From Limnoglobus sp. (lineage in GTDB: Bacteria > Planctomycetota > Planctomycetia > Gemmatales > Gemmataceae): DNA of 33,034 nucleotides. The notes beneath the pieces were generated by a model. The model saw nothing but the letters and a program-made list of their open reading frames with translations. It made no database searches and had not been told where the DNA came from. The stretch spans positions 1-33,034 of the forward strand of contig JAYSYI010000468.1 of NCBI GenBank assembly GCA_043727665.1. The letters are read 5' to 3'. Below, piece by piece: positions 28,792 to 33,034 of the stretch (within the stretch, counting starts at the first letter, position 1; every line of letters begins with the position of its first letter). The position numbers and the translations under genes are program-made.

Positions 28792-29847
28792 TTACTTGTC
28801 GTCTTTGTTCACCTTCTCGGTGTCGCGTTTGACCGGTGGCGGGAACTTGCCGTCGATCAGTTCCTTCAAAATCGGTGTGACCACCTCGGCAGGGAGTGCC
28901 CACGTTTCGACGCGGCCCGCTCGGGCGATGTTGATGCCCAGAACTTTGCCGTCGAGATCGACGAGCGGCCCGCCGCAATCGCTCGGTTTGATGACCATGT
29001 CGTGCATGATAACCGATGGGAAACCCGTCCGCCGACCCGACAGCAAACTGCCCATCGCGTTCTGGAACGCCCCGCGATCGATGTCGGCCCGGCTGCCGAG
29101 TTTCACGTTAAATTCCTTTTCCACATCGTCGCGAAGCACCGTCATCTTGATCGTGTCGCCCGGTTTGTAATCGTCGAGCAGCTTTTTCATTTCCTCAAAC
29201 TTTTTGACCTTCTTGCCCGCGATTTCGAGGATGATATCGCCCTTGGTCAGCTTTGCTCGGTAAGCCGAACCCTTCGGGTCGACTTCACCGATGACGACCT
29301 GTTCTTTCCCTTCGGTCGGTAGCCCCGCAATGATGCCGAGGAAGCCTTTGTTGCCGTTTTCGACGAACGATTCTTCGCGATAAAGTTTGCGAACGCCCGC
29401 GCTGATGATGCCGACGCCGACCGGTTCGGACTCGAAGCCGACGGCGGCAACCCAGTTACCAACAGCGGCGTCTTTGCCGGGTGCGAACGCCGCAATCGTA
29501 GCGATGTCCGTGGCGTCGATCTTGAGCAATGCGAGGTCCGAAGGCTCGTGATAGCCGACGTAAACGGCATCGTATTCGGAACCGTCGCGGAGGCGGATGC
29601 TGATCGGCCCCTTGAGTTCGCTACCCTTCGTAAGGATGAATCCCTTCTTGTCAACGATCGTACCAAGGATCGTGTCCTTGTTGTTGCAGCGAACGCGAAC
29701 GGTCGCGTCAGTGGCCTTAGCGACGACATCGCCGAAAAGCTTGACGAGCGATTTCTTGCCTTGTTCGCTGGCATCTGCGGCGTAAGTGGGGCCGTTAACC
29801 GAGACGATGGCGATGGCTGCGGCAGGTATCCAGTGGCAAATCTTCAT
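28792..29847 (-). CDS. Trypsin-like (S1C/HtrA-like) PDZ protein with non-canonical active site (probable pseudoprotease)
   Basis: GTIVDKKGFILTKGSEL (His position), SDLALLKI, PDZ (GFLGI...GSAYRAKLTKGDIILEIAG), then PSDCGGPLVDLDGKVLGINIAR; signal peptide. Confidence 0.85.
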   Translation of the reverse strand: MKICHWIPAAAIAIVSVNGPTYAADASEQGKKSLVKLFGDVVAKATDATVRVRCNNKDTILGTIVDKKGFILTKGSELKGPISIRLRDGSEYDAVYVGYHEPSDLALLKIDATDIATIAAFAPGKDAAVGNWVAAVGFESEPVGVGIISAGVRKLYREESFVENGNKGFLGIIAGLPTEGKEQVVIGEVDPKGSAYRAKLTKGDIILEIAGKKVKKFEEMKKLLDDYKPGDTIKMTVLRDDVEKEFNVKLGSRADIDRGAFQNAMGSLLSGRRTGFPSVIMHDMVIKPSDCGGPLVDLDGKVLGINIARAGRVETWALPAEVVTPILKELIDGKFPPPVKRDTEKVNKDDK

Positions 29848-29883
29848 TGCGAACTCCCAGAAAAATGATGATGAAGGTGAGCG

Positions 29884-30957
29884 TTATTTCTTCTCGCGTT
29901 TACTTGAGCGCTTGCCGAGTTTGACTTTCACTTCGAGAATCTCGTCGCCGCGACTGATCTCGAGCGTTACGGTTTCGCCGGGCTTGCGGGCGGACATCAT
30001 GCCATCGAGGTCTTCGGAGGTGTGAATCGGCTCGCTGTCGAACTTTAGCACAATGTCTCCGACCTTGACACCCGCTTTGTCCGAAGGGGAGTCTTCGGAC
30101 ACGCTATCCACTTTTGGCAAATTCTTGCCTTCGCGGTTCAAAATCACTCCGAGTACTGCATCGGATTGTTTGCCGATGACATCGCCGCGAACAAGTTGTT
30201 TCCATTCGTCTTGGAAGGCGTGCGTGGGCACGTGAAAGTTCTCTTCAAGGTACATGCCGATGCGGCTATGGATGCCTACGACCTTGCCATCGAGGTCGAA
30301 GAGCGGGCCGCCGGAGTCACCACCGACGAGCGTGCAATCGGATACGAGCGTCTTCTCTTTCGAATTCGCACGGACCATCTGGCCGAGTCGCACGGGGGCA
30401 CGGCGATCGGGCTTCGGTCCGCCAGGGTGACCGAGCGAAACGACCCACTGGCCTTTCGAGAGCTTTGCCGAACTGCCGATCTCGACGAACGGCCATTTGC
30501 CTTCTTTCGCACCGGGCCACGTTGCGTTTTTGGGAACGGGGTCGGTGATTTTCACCATGCCGCTATCGACACGCGGGTTGCGGCCGAGAATCGTGCCATT
30601 CACGACAATGTCGCCGGGTAACACGATGCGAACGGTCTTCCCGAATTCGGAGCCACCGATCCCGACGGATCGAAACACAATCGGCTCGATAACGTGGGCC
30701 GCCGTGAGTACGAGGCCATCTTCGCTGACGATCACGCCGCTACCTGCCCCTGGTCCCAACAGCACCGCAACCGTCGCCGGCGTGACTTTGTCGACGACCG
30801 ACTTCACGCTTTCTTGCAACAGTTTCAGTTCCTTGACGTCTTCCGGCGAAGTCGTTCGGACGGGATCCCAACCGGCTTTCTTGGCATCCGCGAACGACGG
30901 AGTCGCCAGAAATGGCAACGCAAATAACGTGAGTACGAACGATGAGCGTGCGAACAT
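29884..30957 (-). CDS. Trypsin-like (S1C/HtrA-like) serine protease with C-terminal PDZ
   Basis: GSGVIVSEDGLVLTAAHV (His), VDSGMVKI (Asp), GGDSGGP (Ser); PDZ AVLGV...SPSDKAGVKVGDIV; signal peptide; GGAG upstream of ATG 30957. Confidence 0.92.
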   Translation of the reverse strand: MFARSSFVLTLFALPFLATPSFADAKKAGWDPVRTTSPEDVKELKLLQESVKSVVDKVTPATVAVLLGPGAGSGVIVSEDGLVLTAAHVIEPIVFRSVGIGGSEFGKTVRIVLPGDIVVNGTILGRNPRVDSGMVKITDPVPKNATWPGAKEGKWPFVEIGSSAKLSKGQWVVSLGHPGGPKPDRRAPVRLGQMVRANSKEKTLVSDCTLVGGDSGGPLFDLDGKVVGIHSRIGMYLEENFHVPTHAFQDEWKQLVRGDVIGKQSDAVLGVILNREGKNLPKVDSVSEDSPSDKAGVKVGDIVLKFDSEPIHTSEDLDGMMSARKPGETVTLEISRGDEILEVKVKLGKRSSKREKK

Positions 30958-31164
30958 GCGTGACAAGCTCCAGTATGTGAAGGATCGGTGATCCCGCTAA
31001 ATGAATAATAGCACCGGACATTCCTAATTGTTACAAAACACTAGAGATAGATTCGCCAGTTCCGAGCGCCGATGCAAGCGTAGAGCGCAAACTTCCGTAA
31101 AAAACGCTGCCTGTCGTGCAGGCGGTGAGAAGTCGATGAGTGAAGCGTGCGAAAGGACCAAACG

Positions 31165-31458
31165 ATGCCGATACCTGCGTATCCAGTGATCTGTTACGGT
31201 GTCGGTTGTGGCCAAGCGGCACGCTACAAAGTGGCAGCCACCTGGAGCGATGGCCAGACTTGCGAACTAAAAACATACGCGATAGCTTGCGAATCGTGCA
31301 TTGTCGCACTCTGGAACGACGCGAAGCGGCGGCGGTTGGGCTGCCGCCTGATTCCCGGCGAGACGCTCGAAGAGCCGTGCATTTACGAACTGGTGCGTGG
31401 AAATCGGGATCGCACACTCGTACGCCGCAACGATCTCGAAAATACCGCACACACGTGA
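31165..31458 (+). CDS. Small Cys-rich hypothetical protein (possible zinc-binding)
   Basis: AAGGA RBS then MPIPAYPVICYGVGC...ELKTYAIACESC; fills the gap and ends 1 nt from the convergent regulator stop. Confidence 0.65.
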   Translation: MPIPAYPVICYGVGCGQAARYKVAATWSDGQTCELKTYAIACESCIVALWNDAKRRRLGCRLIPGETLEEPCIYELVRGNRDRTLVRRNDLENTAHT

Positions 31459-31459
31459 A

Positions 31460-31855
31460 TTACTCGGCCTGCGGTTCTATGGGCTTTTCTTCCGCGAATG
31501 CTTTGCCGACGGCTTCGAGGAGTCGTTCCATCGGGAACGGTTTTCGCAGGTAGTCGATGACGCCGAGATACTCTGCGTAGGCTTTGTGGCGGCTGCCTTC
31601 GTTCGCGGTAATCATGATAATCGGTGGGGCGTCGGGCTTGTCCTTGAAGTGTTCGAGAACGGGGTAGCCACCCATTCGCGGCATCATCATGTCGAGGATC
31701 ATTAGGTCCGGACGCTGGTTGTAAACCGTCTGTTTCGCTTGATGGCCATCGTGCGCCAATATCACACGAAACCCCTGCTTTTCGAGCACCATTCGCAGCC
31801 CGTCGGCCAGTTCGCGATCGTCGTCCACGATCAAAATCGTCTTCCCGCTCTGCAT
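31460..31855 (-). CDS. Single-domain response regulator (receiver)
   Basis: ILIVDDD, PDLMILDMMMP (phospho-Asp), IIMITA, YLRKPF; GGAGGGG RBS; no output domain. Confidence 0.93.
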   Translation of the reverse strand: MQSGKTILIVDDDRELADGLRMVLEKQGFRVILAHDGHQAKQTVYNQRPDLMILDMMMPRMGGYPVLEHFKDKPDAPPIIMITANEGSRHKAYAEYLGVIDYLRKPFPMERLLEAVGKAFAEEKPIEPQAE

Positions 31856-32030
31856 CGTTACCCCTCCACAACCGGACTGTACCTGGCACTACTGTAACAA
31901 CATCGCCAGACTGCAACAAGGATTCTGCGATGTGCGTGTAGTAATACTGATTCGACAAAATGCAAACTCTGGGTTAGAATGCTGTCACTGCCGGTTCGCG
32001 CATTGTTTCGCACAAGAGGCCATTCTTATT

Positions 32031-33034
32031 ATGCGTCTGATCTACGCAACAATATTGGCGTTTGTCGGTGGCTCGGTCATCGCGGCCGAGCCGACGAACG
32101 AGCAGATCGAGTTCTTCGAAAAGAAAATCCGTCCGATCTTCGTCGATAACTGCATCAAATGCCACGGCGCAAAGAAACAAGAAGCAGGATTGCGCCTCGA
32201 CAGTGCGGCCGGGCTGAAAAAAGGCACCGATACGGGGCCGGTGGTCGTTGCCGGCGATCCGGCCAAGAGCCTGCTGGTGAAGTCCGTGCGGCGCGAAGGC
32301 GAATACGCGATGCCGCCGAGCAAGGCGTTGCCACCGGAGGCGGTGGCGGCCCTGACCGAGTGGGTGAAGATCGGTGCCCCTTTCCCCGCTGACAGCGTGC
32401 AAATCGCCGATGCGGCCACGTTGGGCAAATCGCACTGGGCGTTTCAACCCGTTCGCGACCCCATTGTGCCGAAGTCCAAATTGCTACCGGATACTGCGAA
32501 CCCGATCGATCAATTCCTCGCGGCGAAGTGGGAACAACACGGCCTCACGCCCTCCCCACCCACCGACGCGCGCACGCTAATTCGCCGGGTCAGCCTCGAT
32601 TTGACCGGGCTGCCACCGACCGCCGATGAAGCCGATGCGTTCGCGAACGACAAGTCGCCGAGCGCGTACGAACGTCTGGTAGATCGCTTGCTGGCCTCGC
32701 CGCAATACGGCGAGCGCTGGGGCCGACACTGGCTCGATCTCGCACGGTATTCGGACACGAAAGGCTACGTTTTCACCGAAGACGTTAACTACCCGTACGC
32801 CTACACTTTCCGCGAATATGTGATTCGATCGCTCAACGAAGACAAGCCGTACGATACGTTTTTGAAGGAGCAACTCGCTGCGGATCGTATGAACCTCGGC
32901 GAAGACAAGCGACCGCTGGCGGCACTTGGTTTCCTTACCGTGGGCCGCCGCTTTAGCAATAACCCACACGATATTATCGACGACCGCATCGACCTCGTCA
33001 CCCGCGGATTGATGGGCATTACCGTTGCTTGCGC
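32031..33034 (+). CDS. Second PSD1/planctomycete cytochrome c (DUF1549) protein; 3'-partial, absent from the ORF track
   Basis: MRLIYATILAFVGGSVIAAEPTNEQIEFFEKKIRPIFVDNCIKCHG...HWAFQP...YGERWGRHWLDLARYSDTKG...GITVAC; open to the window end. Confidence 0.92.
   Translation, partial: MRLIYATILAFVGGSVIAAEPTNEQIEFFEKKIRPIFVDNCIKCHGAKKQEAGLRLDSAAGLKKGTDTGPVVVAGDPAKSLLVKSVRREGEYAMPPSKALPPEAVAALTEWVKIGAPFPADSVQIADAATLGKSHWAFQPVRDPIVPKSKLLPDTANPIDQFLAAKWEQHGLTPSPPTDARTLIRRVSLDLTGLPPTADEADAFANDKSPSAYERLVDRLLASPQYGERWGRHWLDLARYSDTKGYVFTEDVNYPYAYTFREYVIRSLNEDKPYDTFLKEQLAADRMNLGEDKRPLAALGFLTVGRRFSNNPHDIIDDRIDLVTRGLMGITVAC

Overview
GC-rich bacterial chromosomal window, almost certainly Planctomycetota (two PSD1/DUF1549-DUF1553 cytochrome-c genes, a DUF1501 gene and planctomycete-style tandem trypsin/PDZ genes; Gemmataceae is a plausible guess). 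About 25 CDSs: a 5'-partial TPR/zinc-peptidase, MazG-like protein, membrane protein, ABC ATPase and zinc-ribbon membrane protein; FAD monooxygenase; SRPBCC protein; ackA-xfp; AsmA-like protein plus LptF/G permease; DUF1549/1553-DUF1501 pair; clpB; msrB; DegT-type aminotransferase; secreted helical/thioredoxin-like protein; FG-GAP/VCBS repeat protein; a protease/pseudoprotease pair; a small Cys-rich protein; a stand-alone receiver; and a 3'-partial second DUF1549 gene. I saw no rRNA, tRNA, CRISPR array or transposase. Top finding: the FG-GAP gene (27625-28638), split in two by the ORF track, is one reading frame with a single in-frame TGA followed by a SECIS-like hairpin, so it is a candidate UGA-recoded (seleno)protein. 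Other leads: a 4x7-bp inverted-repeat hairpin translated in frame inside phosphoketolase, a His/Ser-substituted pseudoprotease with an internal PDZ paired with an active paralog, an identical 11-mer upstream of both clpB and msrB, REP-like hairpins, and a repeat-structured intergenic region at 6720-7281. All family assignments are from motif recognition, not database searches.
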